NCBI GenBank assembly: GCA_964016885.1
Contig: OZ024765.1
Coordinates: 13,454,001-13,518,000, forward strand
DNA from: Eledone cirrhosa
Lineage: Eukaryota
Length of the DNA: 64,000 nucleotides
Direction of reading: 5' to 3'
Every line of letters begins with the position of its first letter. Position 1 is the first letter of the stretch. The position numbers and the translations under genes were made by a program. Below the pieces are notes generated by a model. It searched no databases. It worked only from the letters and a program-made list of their open reading frames with translations, and was not told where the DNA came from. Below are positions 25,454 to 39,047 of the stretch, piece after piece.

Positions 25454-25994
25454 TTATATAGTTTTATATATATATAAATAAATAAAAAAAAAATATATAT
25501 ATATATATCATCATCATCACCATTTTATGTCTATTCTTCCACGCTAGCATGGGTTAGACGGGTTGTCCTGTTGTGGGCAATGCCAGGTCAGGTGACCATG
25601 TCTTGCTCATACGGGAACTGATTTTGGCTTGATTTCTACAGCTGGATGCCCTTCCTAACACCAACATCATTTACAGTGAGTGGTGGGTGCACGTCTACTT
25701 TACAGATTGGGCTGGGTGCTTTTTTGTCATGACATCTCCACGACCACTTTACAGTGGAAGGGGGGCAGGGGGCATATTGTCTATATGCTTCAGCTTCGGC
25801 TTGTACCCGTGGGAAGCTGGGTCTTCTGTATTACTGTGTTATATATATATATATATATACACACATACACATATATGTGTGTGTATGTGTATGTATATGT
25901 ATACATATATATGATTGACCAGGTGTGTGTTGTCAGGTAAATTGAGCAGGTGTCTGTATCTCTGTGTGTATATATGTCTCTATCTGTCTGTGAA

Positions 25995-26445
25995 GGTCTG
26001 TGTGTATGGAGGGGGGGGGGATATCAGGTGTAGTGTTGGTGAATTTAAGGAAGCATGGAGGTTTTAAAGGGTGCAGTGTCTCGACACCTAACAACTGATG
26101 CAGGTAGTTTGTTCCATGGAGGTTTTAAAGGATGCAGTGTCTCGACAGCTAACAACTAATGCACCTAGTTTGTTCCATGGAGGTTTTAAAGGATGCAGTG
26201 TCTCGACAGCTAACAACTGATGCAGGTAGTTTGTTCCATGGAGGTTTTAAAGGATGCAGTGTCTCGACAGCTAACAACTGATGCAGGTAGTTTTTCCATG
26301 GAGATTTTAAAGGATGCAGTGTCTCGACAGCTAACTAATGATGTAGGGAGTTTGTTCCATGCTTCAGCAACTCTGAGCGTGAAAAAAATGTTTCCGAAAG
26401 TCATGGGAGCTGTGCTGTTTTCTGGCTTTGTTGGCATGCCCTCAT
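25995..26445 (-). mobile_element. CR1-like LINE 3' end with internal 61-bp tandem expansion (~5 copies)
   Basis: FFTLRVAEAWNKLP...FK motif; unexpanded copy at ~27420-27800. Confidence 0.7.
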
Positions 26446-27930
26446 GTGACACCTCCTTACACTGTTGGTTTGATTATATACACCACCATTCACTGTGTCA
26501 CACACACTGTTGGTTTGGTCACACACTGTGCCACCCACCAGGGGAACACATATATGATGGAGTGACTCCAGGGTGACCCCAAACTGTGAGGTAGAAAATG
26601 TGGATTGGTGTCATGGATTGGTGCAGTAAAGTCAAATCTTGAACTAACATCTCGTCCTGAAATAGTGTCTGTTGTTGGAATAATGACTGGTTGACATCTG
26701 TGATCTTTAAGATGTACATCTTTGATCATTGTACATCTGTGATCTCTGGTTTAATGCTGTGAATTCACTGGTTAAATATGATATACTGTGTGTGTGTATA
26801 TATATATATATATCATCATCATCATTTTACGTCCGCTTTTCCCTACTTGCAAGGATGGGATGGGAACTGATTCTTGCTTGATTTCTACAGCTGGATGCCC
26901 TTCCTAACACCAACCTCATTTACAGTGAGTGCTGGGTGCTTTTTTGCCGTGGCACCTCCACGAACACTTTGCAGTGGAATGATAGGGACCCCAGTCCCTA
27001 TCATGTGATATGGACCCTAGTGCCTATCATCTCATTTCTACAGCTGAGTAAACTGGAGCAATGTGAAATAAAGTGTCTTGCTCAAGGAAACAGCACATCA
27101 CCCGGTCTGAGAATTGAACTCACAATCTTTCGATTGCAAGCCCAATGCTCTAACTTATAAGCCATGTGCCTCCATTATATATATATAGTGGAGGTGGATG
27201 GCTGAGTGGTTAGAGAATTGGATTTGCAATTGTGAGGTTGTGAGTTCGGTTCCCAGACTGGGCGATGTGTTATGTCCTTGACCAAGACACTTTATTTCAC
27301 TTTGCTCCTTCTACCTGGAATTGCGACCAATAGATAGTACTAGCAATTGGAAAGACCAATGGAAACATTGTTTCCTTGGTCTGATTTGACGGAAGTCGAT
27401 TGACTGTTGATATGATGATGATGAATGAAATTATTGTGTACAGTGCTCAGGTGCACTACAACTCATCAAAGGTGCATGTATAGTACATAGAATAATGTAC
27501 AAATGTCAGAAAGTAAACAGTGTATGAGTCATGATATACATGTGTGCGTGTGTATGGAGGGGGGGGGGGATATCAGGTGTAGTGTTGGTGAATTTAAGGA
27601 AGCATGGAGGTTTTAAAGGGTGCAGTGTCTAGACAGTTAACAACTGATGCAGGGAATTTGTTCCATGCTTCAGCAACTCTGAACGTGAAAAAATGTTTCC
27701 GAAAGTCATGGGAGCTGTGTTGTTTTCTGACTTTGTTGGCATCCCCACGTGTGTTAGATAGATGGAAATCAAAAAGGTACTCAGGGTTGTTTTATATATA
27801 TGGATCTACCAACTCATAATATTATAATATTATAAAATTAAATCAACATTTTTTTAACACTACAAGTGAAGTCATTCTTTCCCTTTTTTTTTCAAATACA
27901 CCTAACTGTACCAAGGATCTCACACATTTC

Positions 27931-27974
<44 letters not shown>

Positions 27975-28291
27975 AAGTTTTATTTAAATTGTTGGGTTAA
28001 CAACGAGTAAATATTTATAACTGATATAAAAGCACTCAACAAGTATTTGGAGTATATTTACGATATTAAATAAATGGAAACTATATTTATAAAACCATAT
28101 TTATTTCATTATATATATTTCAGGGATATCATATTAAAAATATGTTATGCCTTCTTCAGACAAAATACAATATAAACAGTCTTATAAATAGATAGATTCG
28201 ACATACCTTTCAACTTCGACTTCTATTTGAAAATAGAAGTCGAAGTTGAAAGGTATGTCGAATCTATCTATTTATAAGACTGTTTATATTG

Positions 28292-28357
28292 TATTTTGTC
28301 TGAAGAAGGCATAACATATTTTTAATATGATATCCCTGAAATATATATAATGAAATA
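28292..28357 (+). ncRNA. Minimal type I hammerhead, family A (mirror copy on - strand at 28102-28167)
   Basis: CTGAAGA-AGG..CATATT/AATATG..CCT-GAAA-TATATA-TA with stem I TATTTTGT/ATGAAATA. Confidence 0.7.
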
Positions 28358-28397
28358 AATATGGTTTTATAAATATAGTTTCCATTTATTTAATATC

Positions 28398-28444
<47 letters not shown>

Positions 28445-29545
28445 TATATATATATAACATTTTACACTTCAATTTCATCTGATCTGGTACGATACCATTG
28501 TAGTAACTGGTCTTATTATATATATGTATATATATATAATATATAATATATATATATTATATATATATTATATATACTATATTATCATCATCATCATCGT
28601 CCCTCGCGAGAGGCAAGTTGGGTCGGATGACCGTGTCTCGCTCACATAGGACTGTTTCTGGCTGGTTTTCTATATGACATTAAATAGTGATATATCATCA
28701 TCATCATCGTTTAACGTCCGTGTTCCACGCTTGCATGGGTTTGGACGGGAGTTTTCCCACTTGAGGCAAGAGTGGATGCCCTTCCTAACACCAACAACAT
28801 TTACAGTGTGGGGCTGGGAGGTTTTTACCGTGTTGCCTACACGGCCACATTACAGCATGGACTGTGTGTTTTTTGTCGTGACACCTACACGATCTCATTT
28901 GTTTCGGCCTGGATGTTGTGGCACCAACATAACTTTACATTGAAAGGGGCGGTGTGGATGGGGTGGGGGTGGTGGGACGGGGGTATGTTTTGTTACAGAT
29001 GCCTACTGACTGTAGTAGGTTTTACTTTGTATTCAGGTAAGGCGGGTCTTCTCTATTACTGAGTACCGCCAAAGGTCTCGGTCCAGTGACATTGTCTTGG
29101 AGAGGTGTATATATGTTAAGTGTGTAACTATAGTTACAGGTGGTTTGCCGGCCAAAGCACTCAATGCTGTTACAAGGTCCGTTTCATGTAGGCTTGGACT
29201 CCAGAGTTATGGTGGCTGTAATGTGCAGAGTGTGAATAAAAGTAAGCAAGACCAAAGTCACTGCTGCAGCATATATATATGTGTATATATACACACACAT
29301 ATATATATATATATATATAATATCAATAATATTAATAAATGGAAAATATCTTTATAAAACCATATTTATTTTTAAAGATATTTTAAAAGATAGTGTTATG
29401 CTTTGGGAGGGTCATGTTGCCAATAAGAAACACACGCACCAGATGCTTTCACTTCAATTTATTATAAATTAAATTTATAAATTTAAGAATTTATAAATTT
29501 CCAGTTGGTTGGTTGGTTCCATAACCGGACAGTTGTTCATATATT

Positions 29546-29588
29546 GTCAAAGTTCTTTCGTCACACATTCTGTGACCTCTTCAGTGAC
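29546..29588 (-). ncRNA. Minimal hammerhead-like motif (second copy at 40273-40315)
   Basis: GTCA-CTGAAGA-G-GTCACA/TGTGAC-GAAA-GAAC-TT-TGAC. Confidence 0.6.
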
Positions 29589-29852
29589 TGGGAATTCTTT
29601 TCTTTGTTTTTGTGCCTCTCCTTTGTTCTGTCCTACGCCATCTTGTTTTTGTGCGTGTTGATTTTAAAAGATATTTTCCATTTATTAATATTATTGATAT
29701 TAATGATACTCTAGAAAAAATAGCGTTGAGTGCTTCTAATCTGTTGTAAATTAACTTTGTTGAATAATCAACAAACCAAATAGCTCATTGTTTATATATA
29801 TATATATGAATTTTATTGGCATATTACAATTGTTTCAATATAACTTGCATAC

Positions 29853-29906
29853 CTGATGAGATGTCGAAGATGAACTGAGACCCGATCCTTATATCTCTAC
29901 TCTGAG
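29853..29906 (-). CDS. Candidate small exon (AQSRDIRIGSQFIFDISS)
   Basis: CAG|gtatg donor, atcag acceptor with a weak pyrimidine tract; 54 bp, phase 1-1; non-repetitive sequence. Confidence 0.4.
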
Positions 29907-30259
29907 CTGATCGATATTGAAATGATTGTAATATGCCACTAGGGTTTATATATATGCTGCAAAAGTCACTTTCTTTTATTATCATCATTTTACGTCTGCT
30001 TTTTCCTGCTTGCAAGGGTGGGACGGGTCCTATTCAGCAGAGCATCTTTCCATTTGCCACAGTCCTTCGTCATCCCCTCTATGAGCTTCAGCAATCTGTG
30101 GTCTGCTCTCACCACTGCCGCTCATGTTTTGTGGTCTTCCTTCCACTGGGATTACTTGGTACAGATATATATATATATATATGTTTGAAGCCACCATATC
30201 TGGTGTCTGCCATTACAATCCTGACTGGCTGATAATATTTCTGGACGTATTTGTGGTCA

Positions 30260-33200
30260 TTGAAGAAGACTGACCACTGTCCAGAAAGCAGTGTAATTAT
30301 TGGTGTCTGTGGTCACTGTAGAAGACTGACCACTGTCCACAGTTCAGTATTTATTGGTGTCTGTGGTCACTGTAGAAGACAGACCAGTGTCCAGAAAGCT
30401 GTGTATATATTGGTGTCTGTGGTCACTGTAGAAGACTGACCACTGTCCACAGAGCTGTGTATATATTGGTCTGTGGTCACTGTAGAAGACTGACCACTGT
30501 CCAGAAAGCTGTGTATTTATTGGTGTCTGTGGTCATTGTAGAAGACTGACCACTCTCCAGAAAGCTGTGTATATATTGGCGTCTGTGGTCACTGTAGAAG
30601 ACTGACCACTGTCCACAGAGCTGTGTATATATTGGTGTTTGTGGTCACTATAGAAGACTGACCACTGTCCAGAGAGCTGTGTATATATTGGTGTCTGTGG
30701 TCACTATAGAAGACTGACCACTGTCCAGAAAGCTGTGTATATATTGGTGTCTGTGGTCACTGTAGAAGGCTGACCACTGTCCAGAAAGCTGGGTATATAT
30801 TGGTGTTTGTAGTCACTGTAGAAGACTGACCACTGTCCACAGAGCTGGGTATATATTGGTATTTGTGGTCACTGTAGAAGACTGACCACTGTCCAGAAAG
30901 CTGTGTATATATTGGTGTCTGTGGTCACTGTAGAAGACTGACCACTCTCCACATAGCTGTGTATATATTGGTGTCTGTGGTCACTGTAGAAGACTGACCA
31001 CTGTCCAGAAAGCTGTGTATATATTGGTGTATGTGGTCACTGTAGAAGACTGACCACTGTCCACAGAGCTGTGTATATATTGGTGTCTGTGGTCACTATA
31101 GAAGACTGACCACTGTCCACAGCTCAGTATTTATTGGTGTTTGTGGTCACTGTAGAAGACTGACCACTGTCCACAGAGCTGTGTATATATTGGTGTCTGG
31201 TCACTGTAGAAGACTGACCACTGTCCAGAAAGCTGTGTATATATTGGTGTTTGTGGTCACTGTAGAAGGCTGACCACTGTCCACAGAGCTGTGTATATAT
31301 TGGTGTCTGGTCACTATAGAAGACTGACCACTGTCCACAGCTCAGTATTTATTGGTGTTTGTGGTCACTGTAGAAGACTGACCACTGTCCACAGAGCTGT
31401 GTATATATTGGTGTCTGGTCACTGTAGAAGACTGACCACTGTCCAGAAAGCTGTGTATATATTGGTGTCTGTGGTCACTATAGAAGACTCACAACTCTTC
31501 AGAAAGCTGTGTATATATTGGTGTCTGTGGTCACTGTAGAAGACTGACCACTGTCCAGAAAGCTGTGTATATATTGGTGTATGTGGTCACTGTAGAAGGC
31601 TGACCACTCTCCACAGAGCTGGGTATATATTGGTGTTTGTGGTCACTGTAGAAAACTGACCACTGTCCACAGAGCTGTGTATATATTGGTGTCTGTGGTC
31701 ACTATAGAAGACTGACCACTGTCCAGAAAGCTGTGTATATATTGGTGTCTGTGGTCACTGTAGAAGACTGACCACTCTCCAGAAAGCTGTGTATATATTG
31801 GTGTCTGTGGTCACTATAGAAGGCTGACCACTGTCCAGAAAGCTGTGTATATATTGGTGTCTGTGGTCACTGTAGAAGGCTGACCACTGTCCAGAAAGCT
31901 GTGTATATATTGGTGTCTGTGGTCACTGTAGAAGGCTGACCACTGTCCAGAAAGCTGTGTATATATTGGTGTATGTGGTCACTGTAGAAGACTGACCACT
32001 GTCCACAGAGCTGTGTATATATTGGTGTCTGTGGTCACTGTAGAAGACTGACCACTGTCCAGAAAGCTGTGTATTTATTGGTGTATGGTCACTGTAGAAG
32101 ACTGACCACTGTACACAGAGCTGTGTATATATTGGTGTCTGTGGTCACTATAGAAGACTGACCACTGTCCAGAAAGCTGTGTATATATTGGTGTATGTGG
32201 TCACTGTAGAAGACTGACCACTGTCCACAGAGCTGTGTATATATTGGTGTCTGTGGTCACTATAGAAGACTGACCACTGTTCACAGCTCAGTATTTATTG
32301 GTGTATGTGGTCACTGTAGAAGACTGACCACTGTCCACAGAGCTGTGTATATATTGGTGTCTGGTCACTGTAGAAGACTGACCACTGTCCAGAAAGCTGT
32401 GTATATATTGGTGTTTGTGGTCACTGTAGAAGGCTGACCACTGTCCAGAAAGCTGTGTATATATTGGTGTATGTGGTCACTGTAGAAGACTGACCACTGT
32501 CCACAGAGCTGTGTATATATTGGTGTCTGTGGTCACTATAGAAGACTCACCACTCTTCAGAAAGCCGTGTATATATTGGTGTCTGTGGTCACTGTAGAAG
32601 ACTGACCACTGTCCAGAGAGTTGTGTATTTATTGGTGTCTGTGGTCACTGTAGAAGGCTGACCACTCTCCACAGAGCTGGGTATATATTGGTGTTTGTGG
32701 TCACTGTAGAAAACTGACCACTGTCCACAGAGCTGTGTATTTATTGGTGTCTGTGGTCACTATAGAAGACTGACCACTGTCCAGAAAGCTGTGTATATAT
32801 TGGTGTTTGTGGTCACTATAGAAGACGGACCACTGTCCAGAAAGCTGTGTATATATTGGTGTCTGTGGTCACTGTAGAAGGCTGACCACTGTCCAGAAAG
32901 CTGTGTATATATTGGTGTCTGTGGTCACTATAGAAGGCTGACCACTGTCCAGAAAGCTGTGTATATATTGGTGTCTGTGGTCACTGTAGAAGGCTGACCA
33001 CTGTCCAGAAAGCTGTGTATATATTGGTGTCTGTGGTCACTGTAGAAGGCTGACCACTGTCCAGAAAGCTGTGTATATATTGGTGTATGTGGTCACTGTA
33101 GAAGGCTGACCACTGTCCAGAAAGCTGTGTATATATTGGTGTATGTGGTCACTATAGAAGACTGACCACTGTCCAGAAAGCTGTGTATATATTGGTGTAT

Positions 33201-35040
33201 GTGGTCACTGTAGAAGACTGACCACTGTCCACAGAGCTGTGTATATATTGGTGTCTGTGGTCACTGTAGAAGACTGACCACTGTCCACAGAGCTGTGTAT
33301 ATATTGGTGTCTGTGGTCACTGTAGAAGGCTGACCACTGTCCAGAAAGCTGTGTATATATTGGTGTATGTGGTCACTATAGAAGACTGACCACTGTCCAG
33401 AAAGCTGTGTATATATTGGTGTCTGTGGTCACTATAGAAGACTGACCACTGTCCACAGAGCTGTGTATATATTGGTGTCTGTGGTCACTGTAGAAGACTG
33501 ACCACTGTCCAGAAAGCTGTGTATATATTGGTGTATGTGGTCACTATAGAAGACTGACCACTGTCCAGAAAGCTGTGTATATATTGGTGTCTGTGGTCAC
33601 TGTAGAAGACTGACCACTGTCCACAGAGCTGTGTATATATTGGTGTCTGTGGTCACTATAGAAGACTGACAACTGTCCACAGCTCAGTATTTATTGGTGT
33701 TTGTGGTAACTGTAGAAGACTGACCACTGTCCACAGAGCTGTGTATATATTGGTGTCTGGTCACTGTAGAAGACTGACCACTGTCCAGAAAGCTGTGTAT
33801 ATATTGGTGTTTGTGGTCACTGTAGAAGGCTGACCACTGTCCACAGAGCTGTGTATATATTGGTGTCTGTGGTCACTATAGAAGACTGACCACTGTCCAG
33901 AAAGCTGTGTATATATTGGTGTCTGTGGTCACTATAGAAGACTCACCACTCTTCAGAAAGCTGTGTATATATTGGTGTCTGTGGTCACTGTAGAAGACTG
34001 ACCACTGTCCAGAAAGCTGTGTATTTATTGGTGTCTGTGGTCACTGTCGAAGGCTGATCACTCTCCACAGAGCTGGGTATATATTGGTGTTTGTGGTCAC
34101 TGTAGAAAACTGACCACTGTCCACAGAGCTGTGTATATATTGGTGTCTGTGGTCACTATAGAAGACTGACCACTGTTCAGAAAGCTGTGTATATATTGGT
34201 GTCTATGGTCACTGTAGAAGACTGACCACTCTCCAGAAAGCTGTGTATATATTGGTGTCTGTGGTCACTGTAGAAGGCTGACCACTGTCCAGAAAGCTGT
34301 GTATATATTGGTGTCTGTGGTTACTGTAGAAGGCTGACCACTGTCCAGAAAGCTGTGTATATATTGGTGTCTGTGGTCACTGTAGAAGGCTGACCACTGT
34401 CCAGAAAGCTGTGTATATATTGGTGTATGTGGTCACTATAGAAGACTGACCACTGTCCAGAAAGCTGTGTATATATTGGTGTATGTGGTCACTGTAGAAG
34501 ACTGACCACTGTCCAGAGAGCTGTGTATATATTGGTGTATGTGGTCACTGTAGAAGACTGACCACTCTCCACAGAGCTGTGTATATATTGGTGTCTGTGG
34601 TCACTGTAGAAGACTGACCACTGTCCAGAAAGGTGTGTATATATTGGTGTCTGTGGTCACTATAGACGACTGACCACTGTCCACAGAGCTGTGTATATAT
34701 TGGTGTATGTGGTCACTGTAGAAGACTGACCACTGTCCAGAGAGCTGTGTATATATTGGTGTATGTGGTCACTGTAGAAGACTGACCACTGTCCACAGAG
34801 CTGTGTATATATTGGTGTCTGTGGTCACTATAGAAGACTGACCACTGTCCACAGCTCAGTATTTATTGGTGTTTGTGGTCACTGTAGAAGGCTGACCACT
34901 GTCCACAGAGCTGTGTATATATTGGTGTCTGTGGTCACTGTAGAAGGCTGACCACTGTCCACAGCTCAGTATATATTGGTGTTTGTGGTCACTGTAGAAG
35001 GCTGACCACTGTCCACAGAGCTGTGTATTTATTGGTGTCT
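30260..35040. repeat. 56-bp minisatellite, ~85 copies (4.8 kb) with 54-bp variants
   Basis: Unit GTGGTCACTGTAGAAGACTGACCACTGTCCAGAAAGCTGTGTATATATTGGTGTCT. Confidence 0.95.
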
Positions 35041-35201
35041 GACATTTCAATCCTGTCTAGCTAATAATATCTCTGTCAGATATCTGTGGCCACCAGTGTC
35101 ATAACTTGGGAAAATAGCCCCTATGGCAAGCAGTGAAATAGCACCCCTGCCCAGCAATGTATTTTTATCTATTGGCCTAATAATATATATAAATGGTTTA
35201 A

Positions 35202-35421
35202 CCCTTCAGCATTAAAACCGGTTGTATCTGGCCAGAATTCTCTCACCTCTTTCTGTTCAAACTGGCTGTCAATGGCTACTCATACTTATGTTAAGGTATT
35301 CTTCTCAAAATAAATATCATCAAAATATCATAGATTGATATCATGTGAGATAATTATGTGAAATAAAGTGTTTACCATGAAAATACAATAGTATATATAG
35401 AGTAATGTAAATGCTAACGGG
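35202..35421 (-). mobile_element. piggyBac-like MITE (same family)
   Basis: TTAA|CCC...GGG|TTAA; reverse-complement similarity to 21481-21844. Confidence 0.7.
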
Positions 35422-37282
35422 TTAATGATCCAGCCACCATAGTGTTCTCACTCATGGTAATCAGAGACAGATCGATCATACACCTGAAGAAGTCTCTTTT
35501 TTCACTCTCCAACGATAGCTTATCTGACTTTAATAGAAAGTCTTCTTAGTCCATGTTCTTAGTCCTTTCAAGGGGCACCCATGACCCATACATACCCTAG
35601 TTACACCTCAGGTGGTCACTGTCCATAAATCTGTGTATACATTGGTGTCTGTTGTTGGAATCACGACTTGCTGCACCTGGGCAACCTTCCTCTGTGATGC
35701 TGTGTCCTCATTGGTTGAAGTTTTGCTCAACCCAACCCTATTGTTATTTCGTTTGAGGTCAACTTTGCCTGTCATCCTTTCAAGGTTGATTATAAAGTAC
35801 AAGTCAACTACTGAGGTCGATTCTTCCTCAATATCTTTTATATCCTCTATATCTGAGTTCAACTTTACCTTTCATCCTTTTGAAGTCAATAAAGAAAGTA
35901 CCAGTTATGTACTGGGGTTGATTCTTCTTCTATATCTCTCTATATCCTGTATATCTCTTAAATCCTCTATATCTGAGTTTAAACCCTACCAAGGTCAACT
36001 CTGCCTTTCAACCTTTTGAAGTTGATAAAAAAAGTACCAGTTATATACTGGTGTCGATTCTTTCTCTATATCTTTTATATCTTCTATATCTGATTTCAAA
36101 TCCTACTGAGGTCAACTTTACCTTTCAATCTTTTGAAGTCAATAAAATAAGTACCAGTTATGTACTGGGGTTGATTCTTCCTCTATATCTAAATTCAAAT
36201 CTCGCCGAGGTCAACTTTGCCTTTCATCCTTTTGAAGTCGATGGAACGAAGTACCAGTTAAGTACTGGGGTTGACTGTTCCCCTATATATCTTTCTCACT
36301 TTCTCCACCTCCCCTCTCTCTCTTACCCTCTCACTCTCTCTTCCTCTCTTTCTCCTCCCCTCTCTCACCTTCTATAACCCCCTCCCTCTTACCCTCTTTA
36401 TCTCCCACCTCTCTCTCTCTCTTACCCTCTTTCTCTTCCTCTGGTAGAAATCTGCTCCCTTCAGATAAAATAGAGTACCAGTCTAGGGTTGGTGAACTTA
36501 CAGAATTCTTGGAGCGTTAGACAGGACACCTGGAGGTATATATTCCAGTGTCATGTATTCTGAGCTCTGAGTTCAAATTCTACCAAAAGAATCAATTCCC
36601 ACCAAGGGACCATGCTGTGTCTTTCATTAGAATGATAGTAATAAATGGATTAATGTATCACACACACACACATACATACAAACATACACATACACACACA
36701 GGGAAATACACATGCAAATGAACACACACACAAAAACAAACACACACAGACACACAGACATGCATGCAAACACACACATGAAAATACACACACAAATACA
36801 CATACAACTCACACACACACAAACATATATATACACACATGCAAACAAACACACACAAACACATACACACATGCACAGAGACACACACACACACACATGC
36901 ACACATGCACAGAGACACACACACACACACACACATACACACAAACACAAATACACATACACAAACAAAACAACACAAACACACACACACACATAAACAA
37001 AAAAAACAAACGTACACAAACAAACAGACTCACACATACACACACACGCACACAAACAAACGCACACACACACACATACACACAAACGCACACACACACA
37101 CAAACAAACACACACAAACACGCAAACACAGATACACACACACACACACACACAAACACACAAACACACAAACAAATAACACACACACACAAACAAACAC
37201 AGACACTCACAATCAAACAGACACACACACAAATCAATAAATTTCACAATCTCTTCCAATATTATTGGCAATATATTCTTAC

Positions 37283-38533
37283 CTGATCCTCTTGTCTTCA
37301 ACAGATTCAGCTGTAGTTTTTCACTTTCAAGTTTTAGAATGTTCTGCGGTGGTTCAGGAGGAATGAAGTCTAGATCAATTTCCTGTTCTAGCAGAGGTAG
37401 AGGTTCAGAGGAAACAAAAGATTGCCAAAATGATGATAGCGGTTGTGGTTCTGTTGCTTTAGGAGCAACTAAAGGCTGCAAATTTGGTGACGCAAACTGT
37501 GGTTGAGCTGGTTCAGGATTGACTGATGGTTCAAATTGTGGTTGAGCTGATTTAGGCCTAGCAGAAGGTTGTAAAATTGGTGGTTTAAATTGTGGTTGAG
37601 TTGGTTCAGGATTGACTGATGGTTCAAATTGTGGTTGAGCTGGTTTAGGATTGACTGATGGTTCAAATTGTGGTTGAGCTGGTTTAGGATTGACTGATGG
37701 TTCAAATTGTGGTTGAGCTGGTTTAGGCCTAACAGAAGGTTGTAAAATTGGTGGCTCAAATTGTGGTTGAGGCAGTTTCAGGTTCACTAAAGGTTGTGAA
37801 ATTGGTGAGATTTTTTTCTCCTGGGACTGAGGCTCAGTCAAATTATGAGAAACTAAAGGGTGTAAAATTGGAGACATTTTTTCCAGGTAGTATTGTGGTT
37901 GGGGCTGGGACTTTCTTTGTTTCAACTTCAGAACCCTTAAAAGTCTAAAAGTTGGTGACATTTTATGTGGTTGTTTTATTTTGGGACCACTTAAAGGCTC
38001 AGAAATAGATGACATTTTATCCATCTCAAAATGTGCTTGATTTATCTTGGGTCCCCTTAAAGATCCTGGAATTCGGGACATTTTGTTGGGCTGGAACTTT
38101 CTATCATTGTCTGCTTCTAGCATAAATGAAAATCTGCCTCGATGGTGATGCTTTATAAATTTCATGCGTGGAAAAGAATATTTTTCATTTTGAAGATGAA
38201 ACTTCCTTTTTAAAATTGGTGATACTTTTTCAAAAAACGGTGCTAAGGCCTTGGACCCTTTCCGAATAACAGGTAAATTTGGATTAACCGATGATGCTTC
38301 GTGTAAAACTGAAGACTGCAAAGAATCTCTGGGCCATTTTCCTTCATCTTTCAAATTGTTTGTTATATCATCATCATACAGTTGTACATGTTTCAGGAAG
38401 ATTTTCTTGTCTTTATATTCGGTACCAACTCCATCATTCATTTCAGAGTTCCAGTCATTTATTTTAAATGCAGAGGTTCCATCAATAATCACATATTTTG
38501 AGTGGTTAAAATGTGCAATGTGTTTGTAATGGT
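37283..38533 (-). CDS. Large 1251-bp exon, low-complexity Pro/Gln/Lys-rich region with AQPQFEPSVNPKP repeats
   Basis: Non-microsatellite part of ORF 36627-38564; catttttcag acceptor, gtaag donor; length divisible by 3, phase 1-1; the upstream boundary has alternatives (38565, 38648). Confidence 0.7.
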
Positions 38534-38689
38534 CTGAAAAATGAGCTTTGGATTTAGAAGACAAACTGAAATTTATCCTACTAAAGTATTTATAAGTTCT
38601 CTTATATGAAAATATTTTTACCTGTGATATTTCTCTTGTGTCAAAAGCCTAGTTTTAAAAAACGTGTAAATGGCATATCTGGTTCAAAA

Positions 38690-38990
38690 TAGGTACACTG
38701 TACCCCTGTGTATACCTGGTTTACAATATGTACACCATTTCCCTGTGTATATCTAGTTTAGACTAGGTACACTGTATCCCTGCTGTGTGTATCTGGTTTA
38801 CAATAGGTACATTGATTCTCTGAGTATATCTAGTTGACAATAGCTACACTGTATCCCTGTGTATATCTAGTTTACAACAGGTATACTGTATCCCTGTGTA
38901 TATCTAGTTTACAATAGGTACACTGTATCCCTGGGTATATCTAGTTTACAATAGGTACACTGTATCCCTGTGTATAAATAGTTTACAATA
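38690..38990. repeat. 37-bp minisatellite (~8 copies)
   Basis: Unit AGGTACACTGTATCCCTGTGTATATCTAGTTTACAAT. Confidence 0.85.
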
Positions 38991-39011
38991 TACATATATA
39001 TATTATATATA

Positions 39012-39047
<36 letters not shown>

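Noticed and set aside
30260-35040. CRISPR-like or coding interpretation of the 56-bp array
   Set aside because: No unique spacers, eukaryotic context, unit not a multiple of 3, and stops are present.
35608-35740. VVIPTTDTNVYT resemblance to the dynein heavy chain IIVPTxDTxRY motif
   Set aside because: The match is short, is followed by a stop with no P-loop downstream, and overlaps a repeat monomer; it would need tBLASTn support.
36502-36529. Possible 28-bp exon (ctccag...gtaagt) on the minus strand
   Set aside because: It lies in a degenerate SINE head and shifts phase unless paired with an alternative acceptor at 29938.
36627-37282. CV-rich C-terminus of the 645-aa ORF
   Set aside because: It lies beyond the gtaag donor at 37282 and is an intronic (CA)n tract.
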